Positions 17,627-29,007 of a stretch of 64,000 nt of DNA are shown here, piece after piece. Position 1 is the first letter of the stretch. Each line of letters opens with the position of its first letter. Under the pieces are notes generated by a model. The model saw only the letters and a list, made by a program, of their open reading frames with translations, was not told the DNA's origin and made no database searches. The stretch lies in NCBI RefSeq assembly GCF_011045215.1, contig NZ_CP049201.1; one strand, 5' to 3'. The position numbers and the translations under genes were made by a program. The stretch comes from Escherichia coli (GTDB taxonomy: Bacteria; Pseudomonadota; Gammaproteobacteria; Enterobacterales; Enterobacteriaceae).

Positions 17627-17715
17627 ATGTAAACCTCGAGTGTCCGATTTCAAATTGGTCAATGGTCAAAAGTTAATAAACCCATTGCTGCGTTTATATT
17701 ATCGTCGTGCTATGG

Positions 17716-17739
17716 TACATACATTCACAAATGTATGTA
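17716..17739. promoter_or_regulatory. AcrR operator (24-bp palindrome) in the acrA-acrR divergent promoter region
   Basis: Inverted repeat tacatacattcacaaatgtatgta between the divergent acrA and acrR starts. Confidence 0.8.
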
Positions 17740-17767
17740 AATCTAACGCCTGTAAATTCACGAACAT

Positions 17768-18415
17768 ATGGCACGAAAAACCAAACAAGAAGCGCAAGAA
17801 ACGCGCCAACACATCCTCGATGTGGCTCTACGTCTTTTCTCACAGCAGGGGGTATCATCCACCTCGCTGGGCGAGATTGCAAAAGCAGCTGGCGTTACGC
17901 GCGGTGCAATCTACTGGCATTTTAAAGACAAGTCGGATTTGTTCAGTGAGATCTGGGAACTGTCAGAATCCAATATTGGTGAACTAGAGCTTGAGTATCA
18001 GGCAAAATTCCCTGGCGATCCACTCTCAGTATTAAGAGAGATATTAATTCATGTTCTTGAATCCACGGTGACAGAAGAACGGCGTCGATTATTGATGGAG
18101 ATTATATTCCACAAATGCGAATTTGTCGGAGAAATGGCTGTTGTGCAACAGGCACAACGTAATCTCTGTCTGGAAAGTTATGACCGTATAGAACAAACGT
18201 TAAAACATTGTATTGAAGCGAAAATGTTGCCTGCGGATTTAATGACGCGTCGCGCAGCAATTATTATGCGCGGCTATATTTCCGGCCTGATGGAAAACTG
18301 GCTCTTTGCCCCGCAATCTTTTGATCTTAAAAAAGAAGCCCGCGATTACGTCGCCATCTTACTGGAGATGTATCTCCTGTGCCCCACGCTTCGTAACCCT
18401 GCCACTAACGAATAA
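17768..18415 (+). CDS. acrR: TetR-family repressor AcrR
   Basis: 215-aa ORF with N-terminal TetR HTH ([22 protein letters not shown]). Confidence 0.95.
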
Positions 18416-18542
18416 CCCTGAATCTGACTCCAGGATTTTTCCTGGACATTTTCGTCGTTGCTATTCTGGTTCACTGCGTCGTGATATTCTTGCGGTTTGA
18501 CTTTTTCAGGTCGTTCTTCAGGTTCAGAAACCTTCATTCATC

Positions 18543-21500
18543 ATGACTATGTTCCAGTATTACAAACGATCACGGCATTTTGTTTTTTCAGCATTTATTG
18601 CTTTTGTTTTTGTCTTGTTATGCCAGAACACGGCGTTTGCGCGGGCGTCATCGAATGGTGATCTGCCGACAAAAGCGGACCTGCAGGCGCAACTTGACTC
18701 ACTAAATAAACAAAAAGATCTTTCTGCTCAGGACAAACTGGTGCAGCAGGATCTGACAGATACATTAGCCACCCTCGATAAAATCGATCGCGTAAAAGAA
18801 GAGACCGTTCAGCTACGGCAAAAAGTCGCTGAAGCGCCGGAAAAAATGCGCCAGGCGACCGCGGCGTTAACAGCACTTAGCGATGTCGATAACGACGAAG
18901 AAACGCGCAAAATTCTGAGCACGCTTTCGTTGCGCCAGCTGGAAACTCGCGTTGCCCAGGCGCTGGACGATTTGCAAAACGCACAAAACGATCTGGCGTC
19001 TTATAACAGCCAGCTGGTTTCGTTACAGACGCAGCCCGAACGCGTGCAAAATGCGATGTATAACGCTTCGCAGCAGCTGCAACAAATTCGCAGTCGTCTG
19101 GATGGGACTGATGTCGGCGAGACTGCCTTACGTCCCAGCCAGAAAGTGTTAATGCAGGCTCAGCAGGCGTTGCTGAATGCGGAGATTGACCAGCAGCGTA
19201 AAAGCCTGGAAGGGAATACCGTCTTGCAGGATACCTTGCAAAAGCAACGTGATTACGTGACGGCGAACAGCGCCCGTCTGGAGCACCAGTTGCAGCTGTT
19301 GCAAGAAGCGGTAAACAGCAAGCGCCTGACTTTAACCGAAAAAACGGCGCAGGAAGCCGTCTCCCCGGATGAAGCCGCGCGTATTCAGGCTAATCCGCTG
19401 GTGAAGCAGGAACTGGAAATTAACCAGCAGTTAAGTCAGCGTCTGATTACCGCGACTGAAAACGGTAATCAGTTGATGCAGCAAAACATTAAAGTCAAAA
19501 ACTGGCTGGAGCGGGCGCTGCAATCGGAACGCAATATTAAAGAGCAGATTGCCGTCCTGAAGGGCAGCCTGCTGTTGTCTCGTATCCTTTACCAGCAACA
19601 ACAAACGCTGCCCTCGGCGGATGAACTGGAAAACATGACCAACCGCATCGCGGATTTGCGTCTCGAACAGTTTGAAGTTAACCAGCAGCGTGATGCACTC
19701 TTCCAGAGCGATGCGTTCGTCAACAAACTGGAAGAAGGTCACACCAACGAAGTCAACAGCGAAGTTCACGATGCGTTATTGCAAGTGGTTGATATGCGTC
19801 GCGAATTGCTGGATCAACTCAACAAACAGTTGGGTAACCAGCTGATGATGGCCATTAACCTGCAAATCAACCAGCAGCAGTTAATGAGTGTGTCGAAAAA
19901 CCTGAAATCCATCCTGACTCAGCAAATCTTTTGGGTGAACAGTAACCGTCCAATGGACTGGGACTGGATCAAAGCGTTCCCGCAAAGCCTGAAAGATGAA
20001 TTTAAGTCGATGAAAATTACGGTGAACTGGGAAAAAGCCTGGCCCGCCGTTTTTATCGCTTTCCTCGCTGGTTTGCCGCTGCTGTTGATTGCCGGGCTGA
20101 TCCACTGGCGTCTGGGGTGGCTGAAAGCGTATCAACAAAAACTGGCTTCCGCTGTGGGTTCCCTGCGTAACGACAGCCAGCTCAACACACCAAAAGCGAT
20201 CCTTATCGACCTGATCCGTGCACTGCCGGTGTGCCTGATTATTCTCGCGGTTGGCCTGATTCTGTTGACCATGCAGCTCAACATCAGCGAATTGCTATGG
20301 TCGTTCAGTAAAAAACTGGCGATTTTCTGGCTGGTGTTTGGCCTGTGCTGGAAGGTACTGGAGAAGAACGGCGTTGCCGTGCGTCACTTCGGCATGCCGG
20401 AACAGCAGACCAGCCACTGGCGTCGGCAAATTGTCCGCATCAGTCTCGCGTTGCTGCCTATCCATTTCTGGTCTGTGGTGGCAGAACTTTCCCCGCTGCA
20501 TCTGATGGATGATGTGCTGGGGCAGGCGATGATTTTCTTCAACCTGCTGCTGATTGCCTTCCTGGTATGGCCAATGTGCCGCGAAAGCTGGCGTGATAAA
20601 GAGTCGCACACCATGCGACTGGTCACCATTACCGTGCTGTCGATTATCCCGATTGCATTGATGGTGCTGACTGCCACGGGTTATTTCTACACCACGCTGC
20701 GCCTCTCCGGGCGTTGGATTGAAACCGTTTATCTGGTGATCATCTGGAACTTGCTCTACCAGACGGTATTGCGCGGCTTAAGCGTAGCGGCGCGGCGTAT
20801 CGCCTGGCGTCGTGCGCTGGCGCGTCGGCAGAATCTGGTGAAAGAGGGCGCAGAAGGTGCCGAACCGCCGGAAGAACCCACCATTGCACTGGAACAGGTT
20901 AACCAGCAGACGCTGCGTATTACCATGTTGCTGATGTTTGCGCTGTTCGGTGTCATGTTCTGGGCAATTTGGTCTGATTTGATCACCGTGTTCAGCTATC
21001 TCGACAGCATTACGCTCTGGCATTACAACGGTACTGAAGCTGGTGCTGCGGTGGTGAAAAACGTCACCATGGGCAGTCTGTTGTTTGCGATTATCGCCTC
21101 AATGGTGGCCTGGGCGTTGATTCGCAACCTGCCTGGTTTGCTGGAAGTGCTGGTGCTCTCGCGACTGAATATGCGCCAGGGCGCGTCGTATGCCATTACT
21201 ACCATCCTTAACTACATCATTATTGCCGTTGGTGCGATGACGGTGTTCGGATCGCTGGGCGTCTCTTGGGATAAACTCCAGTGGCTGGCCGCAGCATTAT
21301 CCGTAGGTCTTGGTTTTGGTTTACAAGAAATTTTCGGTAACTTCGTCTCCGGTTTGATCATTCTATTCGAACGTCCGGTGCGTATTGGCGATACGGTAAC
21401 CATTGGTAGCTTCTCGGGGACGGTAAGTAAGATCCGTATTCGTGCGACAACGATTACCGATTTCGATCGCAAAGAAGTGATCATCCCGAACAAAGCGTTT

Positions 21501-21905
21501 GTTACCGAGCGTCTGATCAACTGGTCGTTGACTGACACTACTACGCGTCTGGTGATCCGTCTCGGCGTGGCCTATGGCTCCGATCTGGAAAAAGTGCGTA
21601 AAGTGTTACTGAAGGCGGCGACTGAGCACCCAAGGGTGATGCACGAACCAATGCCGGAAGTCTTCTTTACGGCGTTTGGTGCCAGCACGTTGGATCATGA
21701 GCTGCGTCTGTATGTGCGTGAACTGCGTGACCGTAGCCGTACTGTCGATGAGCTAAACCGTACTATCGATCAGCTGTGCCGTGAAAACGACATCAACATT
21801 GCCTTTAACCAGCTTGAAGTGCATTTGCACAACGAGAAGGGCGATGAAGTGACGGAAGTGAAACGCGACTACAAAGGCGACGATCCAACGCCTGCGGTAG
21901 GGTAA
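18543..21905 (+). CDS. mscK: potassium-dependent mechanosensitive channel MscK (KefA)
   Basis: 1120-aa ORF: signal peptide, long coiled-coil periplasmic region, multiple TM helices and a C-terminal MscS-like domain. Confidence 0.95.
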   Translation: MTMFQYYKRSRHFVFSAFIAFVFVLLCQNTAFARASSNGDLPTKADLQAQLDSLNKQKDLSAQDKLVQQDLTDTLATLDKIDRVKEETVQLRQKVAEAPEKMRQATAALTALSDVDNDEETRKILSTLSLRQLETRVAQALDDLQNAQNDLASYNSQLVSLQTQPERVQNAMYNASQQLQQIRSRLDGTDVGETALRPSQKVLMQAQQALLNAEIDQQRKSLEGNTVLQDTLQKQRDYVTANSARLEHQLQLLQEAVNSKRLTLTEKTAQEAVSPDEAARIQANPLVKQELEINQQLSQRLITATENGNQLMQQNIKVKNWLERALQSERNIKEQIAVLKGSLLLSRILYQQQQTLPSADELENMTNRIADLRLEQFEVNQQRDALFQSDAFVNKLEEGHTNEVNSEVHDALLQVVDMRRELLDQLNKQLGNQLMMAINLQINQQQLMSVSKNLKSILTQQIFWVNSNRPMDWDWIKAFPQSLKDEFKSMKITVNWEKAWPAVFIAFLAGLPLLLIAGLIHWRLGWLKAYQQKLASAVGSLRNDSQLNTPKAILIDLIRALPVCLIILAVGLILLTMQLNISELLWSFSKKLAIFWLVFGLCWKVLEKNGVAVRHFGMPEQQTSHWRRQIVRISLALLPIHFWSVVAELSPLHLMDDVLGQAMIFFNLLLIAFLVWPMCRESWRDKESHTMRLVTITVLSIIPIALMVLTATGYFYTTLRLSGRWIETVYLVIIWNLLYQTVLRGLSVAARRIAWRRALARRQNLVKEGAEGAEPPEEPTIALEQVNQQTLRITMLLMFALFGVMFWAIWSDLITVFSYLDSITLWHYNGTEAGAAVVKNVTMGSLLFAIIASMVAWALIRNLPGLLEVLVLSRLNMRQGASYAITTILNYIIIAVGAMTVFGSLGVSWDKLQWLAAALSVGLGFGLQEIFGNFVSGLIILFERPVRIGDTVTIGSFSGTVSKIRIRATTITDFDRKEVIIPNKAFVTERLINWSLTDTTTRLVIRLGVAYGSDLEKVRKVLLKAATEHPRVMHEPMPEVFFTAFGASTLDHELRLYVRELRDRSRTVDELNRTIDQLCRENDINIAFNQLEVHLHNEKGDEVTEVKRDYKGDDPTPAVG

Positions 21906-21965
21906 TAACGAAAGGGGGCGACATTTTGTTGCCCCGAGATTGCTAACAAAGTGCGCGTTGTTCAT

Positions 21966-22064
21966 GCCGGATGCGGCGTGACCGCCTTATCCGGCCTACG
22001 AAACCGCAAAAATTCAATATATTGCAGGAGCGGTGTAGGCCTGATAAGCGTAGCGCATCAGGCA
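21966..22064. repeat. REP (repetitive extragenic palindrome) pair downstream of mscK
   Basis: gccggatgcggcgtgaccgccttatccggcctac and gtaggcctgataagcgtagcgcatcaggc, typical E. coli REP consensus in inverted orientation. Confidence 0.8.
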
Positions 22065-22116
22065 GTTTTGCGTTTGCCCGCAACCTTAGGGGACATTTAG
22101 CCACCCCATTTATTTC

Positions 22117-22278
22117 TCACTTTTCCGCCTCATCATCGCGCGTTAATTTCTTTTCATAATCGCGTTTTACAATATCCAGCGCGCGCAGCACGGTACTGGC
22201 AGGGATCTGATTTTCCTCCAGCAGCACAATCAAATCGACAGCCAGTTTGACATCGTCAGGGGCATTTTCCAGTGACAT
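22117..22278 (-). CDS. ybaM: small protein YbaM (53 aa)
   Basis: Below the ORF-track length cut-off; manual translation of the minus strand gives [53 protein letters not shown] then TGA. Confidence 0.75.
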
Positions 22279-22291
22279 ACTCTCTCCATTG

Positions 22292-22819
22292 CTAGCGGGT
22301 TAAACGCGCTAACCTGTTTTCGATTTTTTCCAGCGCATGGCGACACCGCGCCAGGCGCGCTTCATAGGCTTCCACTTCACGATGCAGCGTTTGCTGTTCC
22401 ACGAGATCGGTCACCCGCGCCAGGCGGGCTCTACGTTCGGCAACCATCTCACGTAGCCGCCGCTCAAAATCCTGATGCTGAATACGTTTACGCTGCCAGC
22501 GGGCAATTTTGGGTGGTGCGCTATCCCACTCGCGTAGCGACCAGGCTGTGGCTTCACGCGCTATAGCCTCCAGTTGCGCCGCCAGATGTTCTGCCAGCCA
22601 GGCGACTTGCGGCAGTTGCTGTTGCTCAACTGCATGACGAAGCGCAGCCAGATTATCGCCCGCCTCGTCGAGACAAGCCTGTAGTGTTGTCGCACGAGTC
22701 TGAAAAAGATGCCTGTCGAAACGAGCACTTAGCGTGGCGAACTGTGACACCGGGGCACAACGCTGACGCAGCGTAGCGAGCTGTCCTTCCAGTTTTTCCA
22801 GCAGCAGGGCGGTTTTCAC
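22292..22819 (-). CDS. priC: primosomal replication protein N-double-prime (PriC)
   Basis: 175-aa basic helical protein; position between ybaM and ybaN. Confidence 0.9.
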
Positions 22820-22888
22820 GATAAGACCTCAATGAAAATGATAATTGTTATGCTAAAGTAGCCACTCTGTAAGCTGACAACACTCAAT

Positions 22889-23266
22889 ATGCAACGAATC
22901 ATTTTAATCATCATTGGCTGGCTGGCGGTAGTGCTGGGTACGCTGGGCGTGGTATTACCGGTATTACCGACGACGCCGTTTATCCTGCTAGCGGCCTGGT
23001 GCTTTGCCCGTTCTTCCCCGCGCTTTCACGCCTGGTTGCTGTACCGCTCATGGTTTGGCAGCTATCTACGTTTCTGGCAGAAACATCATGCGATGCCGCG
23101 CGGTGTCAAACCGCGGGCGATTTTGCTTATTTTGCTCACGTTTGCCATTTCTCTGTGGTTCGTCCAGATGCCATGGGTGCGCATCATGTTGCTGGTAATT
23201 CTCGCCTGTTTGCTTTTCTATATGTGGCGAATTCCGGTGATTGATGAAAAGCAAGAAAAGCACTGA
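22889..23266 (+). CDS. ybaN: DUF454 inner membrane protein YbaN
   Basis: 125-aa ORF with hydrophobic TM segments. Confidence 0.85.
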
Positions 23267-23418
23267 AGCACAACAATCGCAGTTGCAATTATTGCGTACA
23301 GCCAGTACATTCTGGCGTTTTCGAGCACAGGCGCAGGCGGTCAAAGGTTAAACAACTGTTACTTTTGATACGTTTAAAACGCGCCGTGAGTACCACCGTA
23401 ACAAGCAGGCATACACTT

Positions 23419-23970
23419 ATGACCGCGACTGCACAGCAGCTTGAGTATCTCAAAAATAGCATCAAAAGCATTCAGGACTACCCAAAACCCGGCATTCTTT
23501 TCCGCGATGTCACCAGCTTACTGGAAGACCCGAAAGCTTACGCTCTCAGCATCGACTTGCTGGTTGAGCGTTACAAAAATGCGGGCATTACCAAAGTTGT
23601 CGGCACCGAAGCGCGTGGCTTCTTGTTTGGCGCTCCGGTAGCTCTGGGTCTGGGCGTTGGCTTTGTGCCGGTCCGTAAACCGGGCAAACTGCCGCGTGAA
23701 ACCATCAGTGAAACTTACGATCTGGAATACGGCACCGATCAGCTGGAAATCCACGTTGATGCCATCAAACCGGGCGACAAAGTTCTGGTGGTGGACGATC
23801 TGCTGGCAACCGGCGGCACTATCGAAGCGACCGTTAAACTGATCCGTCGTCTGGGTGGTGAAGTGGCTGACGCTGCGTTCATTATCAACCTGTTCGATCT
23901 CGGCGGCGAACAGCGTCTCGAAAAACAGGGCATTACCAGCTACAGCCTTGTCCCGTTCCCGGGCCATTAA
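23419..23970 (+). CDS. apt: adenine phosphoribosyltransferase
   Basis: 183-aa product from the internal Met ([31 protein letters not shown]...); PRPP-binding motif [13 protein letters not shown]; track ORF 23365-23970 is an extension. Confidence 0.95.
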
Positions 23971-24098
23971 TTATCGCCAGTCTTGTGCTGCCCACGCTAC
24001 GGACAGCACAAGATGTGCATTCAGCCTCGCCGTTCTGACGGGGCTGTGTTAGCATTACCCCTTCGTGAATCCACCTTCCAGCGTTTCAGAGCCTGCCA

Positions 24099-26030
24099 AT
24101 GAGTTATCAGGTCTTAGCCCGAAAATGGCGCCCACAAACCTTTGCTGACGTCGTCGGCCAGGAACATGTGCTGACCGCACTGGCGAACGGCTTGTCGTTA
24201 GGGCGTATTCATCATGCTTATCTTTTTTCCGGCACCCGTGGCGTCGGAAAAACCTCTATCGCCCGACTGCTGGCGAAGGGGCTAAACTGCGAAACCGGCA
24301 TTACCGCGACGCCGTGCGGCGTGTGCGATAACTGTCGTGAAATCGAGCAGGGGCGCTTTGTCGATCTGATTGAAATCGACGCCGCCTCGCGCACCAAAGT
24401 TGAAGATACCCGCGACCTGCTGGATAACGTCCAGTACGCTCCGGCGCGTGGTCGTTTCAAAGTTTATCTCATCGACGAAGTGCATATGCTGTCGCGCCAC
24501 AGCTTTAACGCACTGTTAAAAACTCTTGAAGAGCCGCCGGAGCACGTTAAGTTTCTGCTGGCGACGACCGATCCACAGAAATTGCCGGTGACGATTTTGT
24601 CGCGCTGTTTGCAATTTCATCTCAAGGCGCTGGATGTCGAGCAAATTCGCCATCAGCTTGAGCACATCCTCAACGAAGAACATATCGCTCACGAGCCGCG
24701 GGCGCTGCAATTGCTGGCACGCGCCGCTGAAGGCAGCCTGCGAGATGCCTTAAGTCTGACCGACCAGGCGATTGCCAGCGGTGACGGCCAGGTTTCAACC
24801 CAGGCGGTCAGTGCGATGCTGGGTACGCTTGACGACGATCAGGCGCTGTCGCTGGTTGAAGCGATGGTCGAGGCCAACGGCGAGCGCGTAATGGCGCTGA
24901 TTAATGAAGCCGCTGCCCGTGGTATCGAGTGGGAAGCGTTGCTGGTGGAAATGCTCGGCCTGTTGCATCGTATTGCGATGGTACAACTTTCGCCTGCTGC
25001 ACTTGGCAACGACATGGCCGCCATCGAGCTGCGGATGCGTGAACTGGCGCGCACCATACCGCCGACGGATATTCAGCTTTACTATCAGACGCTGTTGATT
25101 GGTCGCAAAGAATTACCGTATGCGCCGGACCGCCGCATGGGCGTTGAGATGACGCTGCTGCGCACGCTGGCGTTCCATCCGCGTATGCCGCTGCCTGAGC
25201 CAGAAGTGCCACGCCAGTCCTTTGCACCCGTCGCGCCAACGGCAGTAATGACGCCAACCCAGGTGCCGCCGCAACCGCAATCAGCGCCGCAGCAGGCACC
25301 GACTGTACCGCTCCCGGAAACCACCAGCCAGGTGCTGGCGGCGCGCCAGCAGTTGCAGCGCGTGCAGGGAGCAACCAAAGCAAAAAAGAGTGAACCGGCA
25401 GCCGCTACCCGCGCGCGGCCGGTGAATAACGCTGCGCTGGAAAGACTGGCTTCGGTCACCGATCGCGTTCAGGCGCGTCCGGTGCCATCGGCGCTGGAAA
25501 AAGCGCCAGCTAAAAAAGAAGCGTATCGCTGGAAGGCTACCACTCCGGTGATGCAGCAAAAAGAAGTGGTCGCCACGCCGAAGGCGCTGAAAAAAGCGCT
25601 GGAACATGAAAAAACGCCGGAACTGGCGGCGAAGCTAGCGGCAGAAGCCATTGAGCGCGACCCGTGGGCGGCACAGGTGAGCCAACTTTCGCTACCAAAA
25701 CTGGTCGAACAGGTGGCGTTAAATGCCTGGAAAGAGGAGAGCGACAACGCAGTATGTCTGCATTTGCGCTCCTCTCAGCGGCATTTGAACAACCGAGGTG
25801 CACAGCAAAAACTGGCTGAAGCGTTGAGCACGTTAAAAGGTTCAACGGTTGAACTGACTATCGTTGAAGATGATAATCCCGCGGTGCGTACGCCGCTGGA
25901 ATGGCGTCAGGCGATATACGAAGAAAAACTTGCGCAGGCGCGCGAGTCCATTATTGCGGATAATAATATTCAGACCCTGCGTCGGTTCTTCGATGCGGAG
26001 CTGGATGAAGACAGTATCCGCCCCATTTGA
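24099..26030 (+). CDS. dnaX: DNA polymerase III subunits tau (full length) and gamma (by frameshift)
   Basis: 643-aa ORF, AAA+ clamp-loader Walker A GTRGVGKTS; the internal slippery site yields gamma. Confidence 0.97.
   Translation: MSYQVLARKWRPQTFADVVGQEHVLTALANGLSLGRIHHAYLFSGTRGVGKTSIARLLAKGLNCETGITATPCGVCDNCREIEQGRFVDLIEIDAASRTKVEDTRDLLDNVQYAPARGRFKVYLIDEVHMLSRHSFNALLKTLEEPPEHVKFLLATTDPQKLPVTILSRCLQFHLKALDVEQIRHQLEHILNEEHIAHEPRALQLLARAAEGSLRDALSLTDQAIASGDGQVSTQAVSAMLGTLDDDQALSLVEAMVEANGERVMALINEAAARGIEWEALLVEMLGLLHRIAMVQLSPAALGNDMAAIELRMRELARTIPPTDIQLYYQTLLIGRKELPYAPDRRMGVEMTLLRTLAFHPRMPLPEPEVPRQSFAPVAPTAVMTPTQVPPQPQSAPQQAPTVPLPETTSQVLAARQQLQRVQGATKAKKSEPAAATRARPVNNAALERLASVTDRVQARPVPSALEKAPAKKEAYRWKATTPVMQQKEVVATPKALKKALEHEKTPELAAKLAAEAIERDPWAAQVSQLSLPKLVEQVALNAWKEESDNAVCLHLRSSQRHLNNRGAQQKLAEALSTLKGSTVELTIVEDDNPAVRTPLEWRQAIYEEKLAQARESIIADNNIQTLRRFFDAELDEDSIRPI
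25382..25393 (+). promoter_or_regulatory. dnaX programmed -1 ribosomal frameshift site (A AAA AAG heptamer plus shifted-frame stop)
   Basis: AAAAAAG at 25382-25388 lies in the dnaX frame as A AAA AAG; the -1 frame reads AAA AAA GAG TGA; upstream SD-like AGGGAG and downstream GC stem-loop (ccggcagccgctacccgcgcgcggccgg). Confidence 0.9.
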
Positions 26031-26067
26031 TCGTAAGCACAGCTTACGTTCGTCATCCTTAACGTGA

Positions 26068-26411
<344 letters not shown>

Positions 26412-26412
<1 letters not shown>

Positions 26413-27017
26413 TGCAAACCAGCCCGCTGTTAACACAGCTTATGGAAGCACTGCGCTGTCTGCCGGGCGTGGGCCCGAAGTCGGCACAGCGTATGGCGTT
26501 CACGCTGCTTCAGCGCGATCGTAGCGGCGGGATGCGTCTGGCGCAGGCGCTCACCCGGGCGATGTCGGAAATCGGCCACTGCGCCGATTGCCGCACCTTC
26601 ACCGAACAGGAAGTCTGTAACATCTGTTCGAATCCGCGTCGTCAGGAAAACGGTCTAATCTGTGTGGTGGAGAGTCCGGCGGACATTTACGCCATTGAGC
26701 AGACGGGGCAGTTTTCAGGTCGTTATTTTGTGTTGATGGGACATCTGTCACCGCTGGACGGCATCGGTCCGGATGATATCGGGCTTGATCGTCTGGAACA
26801 GCGTCTGGCAGAGGAAAAAATCACTGAAGTGATCCTCGCCACCAATCCCACGGTTGAAGGTGAAGCTACCGCTAACTACATTGCCGAGCTTTGCGCGCAA
26901 TATGACGTGGAAGCCAGCCGAATCGCTCATGGCGTACCGGTTGGCGGCGAACTGGAAATGGTCGATGGCACCACGCTGTCACACTCCCTTGCCGGGCGTC
27001 ATAAGATTCGTTTTTAA
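26412..27017 (+). CDS. recR: recombination protein RecR
   Basis: 201-aa ORF with C4 zinc-finger ([16 protein letters not shown]) and Toprim domain; start overlaps the ybaB stop (TGATG). Confidence 0.95.
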
Positions 27018-27046
27018 GCAAACGAGAGCAGGATCACCTGCTCTCG

Positions 27047-27075
27047 CTTGAAATTATTCTCCTTTGTCCCCATCT
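27047..27075 (+). promoter_or_regulatory. sigma32 heat-shock promoter of htpG
   Basis: CTTGAAA at 27047-27053 and CCCCATCT at 27068-27075 with 14-nt spacer, matching the sigma32 consensus CTTGAAA-N13-15-CCCCATNT. Confidence 0.75.
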
Positions 27076-27126
27076 CTCCCTCATCCTGTTTTTAACCTTA
27101 AAATGGCATTATTGAGGTAGACCTAC

Positions 27127-29001
27127 ATGAAAGGACAAGAAACTCGTGGTTTTCAGTCAGAAGTGAAACAGCTTCTGCACCTGATGATCCATTCTCTCTA
27201 TTCCAATAAAGAAATCTTCCTGCGTGAGCTTATCTCTAACGCCTCCGATGCGGCGGACAAGCTGCGTTTCCGCGCGCTCTCTAACCCGGACCTGTACGAA
27301 GGTGATGGCGAACTGCGCGTTCGTGTCTCTTTCGATAAAGACAAGCGCACGCTGACCATCTCCGATAACGGCGTGGGGATGACCCGCGACGAAGTGATTG
27401 ACCATCTGGGGACTATCGCTAAATCCGGTACCAAATCATTCCTCGAATCCCTGGGTTCTGACCAGGCGAAAGACAGCCAGCTGATCGGTCAGTTTGGTGT
27501 TGGTTTCTACTCTGCGTTTATCGTGGCCGACAAAGTGACCGTGCGTACTCGCGCGGCAGGCGAAAAACCAGAAAACGGCGTCTTCTGGGAATCGGCTGGC
27601 GAAGGTGAATACACCGTTGCCGACATCACCAAAGAAGATCGTGGTACTGAAATCACCCTGCATCTGCGTGAAGGCGAAGACGAGTTCCTCGATGACTGGC
27701 GCGTGCGTTCCATCATCAGCAAATACTCCGACCATATCGCGCTGCCGGTAGAGATCGAAAAACGCGAAGAGAAAGATGGCGAAACCGTTATCTCCTGGGA
27801 AAAAATCAACAAAGCGCAGGCGCTGTGGACTCGTAACAAGTCGGAAATCACCGATGAAGAGTATAAAGAGTTCTACAAACACATCGCCCACGACTTTAAC
27901 GATCCGCTGACCTGGAGCCACAACCGCGTTGAAGGTAAGCAGGAGTACACCAGCCTGCTGTACATCCCGTCCCAGGCTCCGTGGGATATGTGGAACCGTG
28001 ATCATAAACACGGCCTGAAACTGTATGTTCAGCGTGTGTTCATCATGGACGACGCAGAACAGTTCATGCCGAACTATCTGCGCTTCGTGCGTGGTCTGAT
28101 TGACTCCAGCGATCTGCCGCTGAACGTTTCCCGTGAAATCCTCCAGGACAGCACGGTAACGCGTAACCTGCGCAATGCGCTGACCAAGCGTGTGCTGCAA
28201 ATGCTGGAAAAACTGGCGAAAGACGACGCGGAAAAATACCAGACCTTCTGGCAACAGTTTGGCCTGGTACTGAAAGAAGGTCCGGCGGAAGATTTCGCTA
28301 ACCAGGAAGCGATCGCCAAATTGCTGCGTTTTGCTTCTACCCATACCGATTCTTCTGCGCAGACCGTGTCTCTGGAAGACTACGTTTCCCGCATGAAAGA
28401 AGGGCAGGAGAAAATCTACTACATCACCGCAGACAGCTATGCGGCAGCGAAGAGCAGCCCGCACCTGGAACTGCTGCGTAAGAAAGGCATCGAAGTTCTG
28501 CTGCTTTCCGACCGCATCGATGAGTGGATGATGAACTATCTGACTGAGTTCGATGGCAAGCCGTTCCAGTCGGTGTCTAAAGTTGACGAGTCGCTGGAAA
28601 AACTGGCTGACGAAGTTGATGAGAGCGCGAAAGAAGCGGAGAAAGCACTGACTCCGTTCATCGACCGTGTGAAAGCCCTGCTCGGCGAGCGCGTGAAAGA
28701 TGTCCGTCTGACTCACCGTCTGACCGATACGCCAGCGATTGTCTCTACCGATGCGGACGAAATGAGCACTCAGATGGCGAAACTGTTTGCCGCAGCGGGC
28801 CAGAAAGTGCCGGAAGTGAAATATATCTTCGAACTGAACCCGGATCACGTACTGGTGAAACGTGCGGCAGATACTGAAGATGAAGCGAAGTTCAGCGAGT
28901 GGGTAGAACTGCTGCTGGATCAGGCGCTGCTGGCAGAACGCGGCACGCTGGAAGATCCGAACCTGTTTATTCGTCGTATGAACCAGCTGCTGGTTTCCTG
29001 A
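27127..29001 (+). CDS. htpG: Hsp90-family chaperone HtpG
   Basis: 624-aa ORF with GHKL ATPase N-terminal domain motifs ([20 protein letters not shown]). Confidence 0.97.
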   Translation: MKGQETRGFQSEVKQLLHLMIHSLYSNKEIFLRELISNASDAADKLRFRALSNPDLYEGDGELRVRVSFDKDKRTLTISDNGVGMTRDEVIDHLGTIAKSGTKSFLESLGSDQAKDSQLIGQFGVGFYSAFIVADKVTVRTRAAGEKPENGVFWESAGEGEYTVADITKEDRGTEITLHLREGEDEFLDDWRVRSIISKYSDHIALPVEIEKREEKDGETVISWEKINKAQALWTRNKSEITDEEYKEFYKHIAHDFNDPLTWSHNRVEGKQEYTSLLYIPSQAPWDMWNRDHKHGLKLYVQRVFIMDDAEQFMPNYLRFVRGLIDSSDLPLNVSREILQDSTVTRNLRNALTKRVLQMLEKLAKDDAEKYQTFWQQFGLVLKEGPAEDFANQEAIAKLLRFASTHTDSSAQTVSLEDYVSRMKEGQEKIYYITADSYAAAKSSPHLELLRKKGIEVLLLSDRIDEWMMNYLTEFDGKPFQSVSKVDESLEKLADEVDESAKEAEKALTPFIDRVKALLGERVKDVRLTHRLTDTPAIVSTDADEMSTQMAKLFAAAGQKVPEVKYIFELNPDHVLVKRAADTEDEAKFSEWVELLLDQALLAERGTLEDPNLFIRRMNQLLVS

Positions 29002-29007
29002 TGTAAT

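Noticed and set aside
27024-27045. Hairpin gagagcaggatcacctgctctc after recR as a terminator
   Set aside because: Not followed by a clear T-run and it overlaps the htpG promoter region; could be a weak terminator or regulatory structure, not called.
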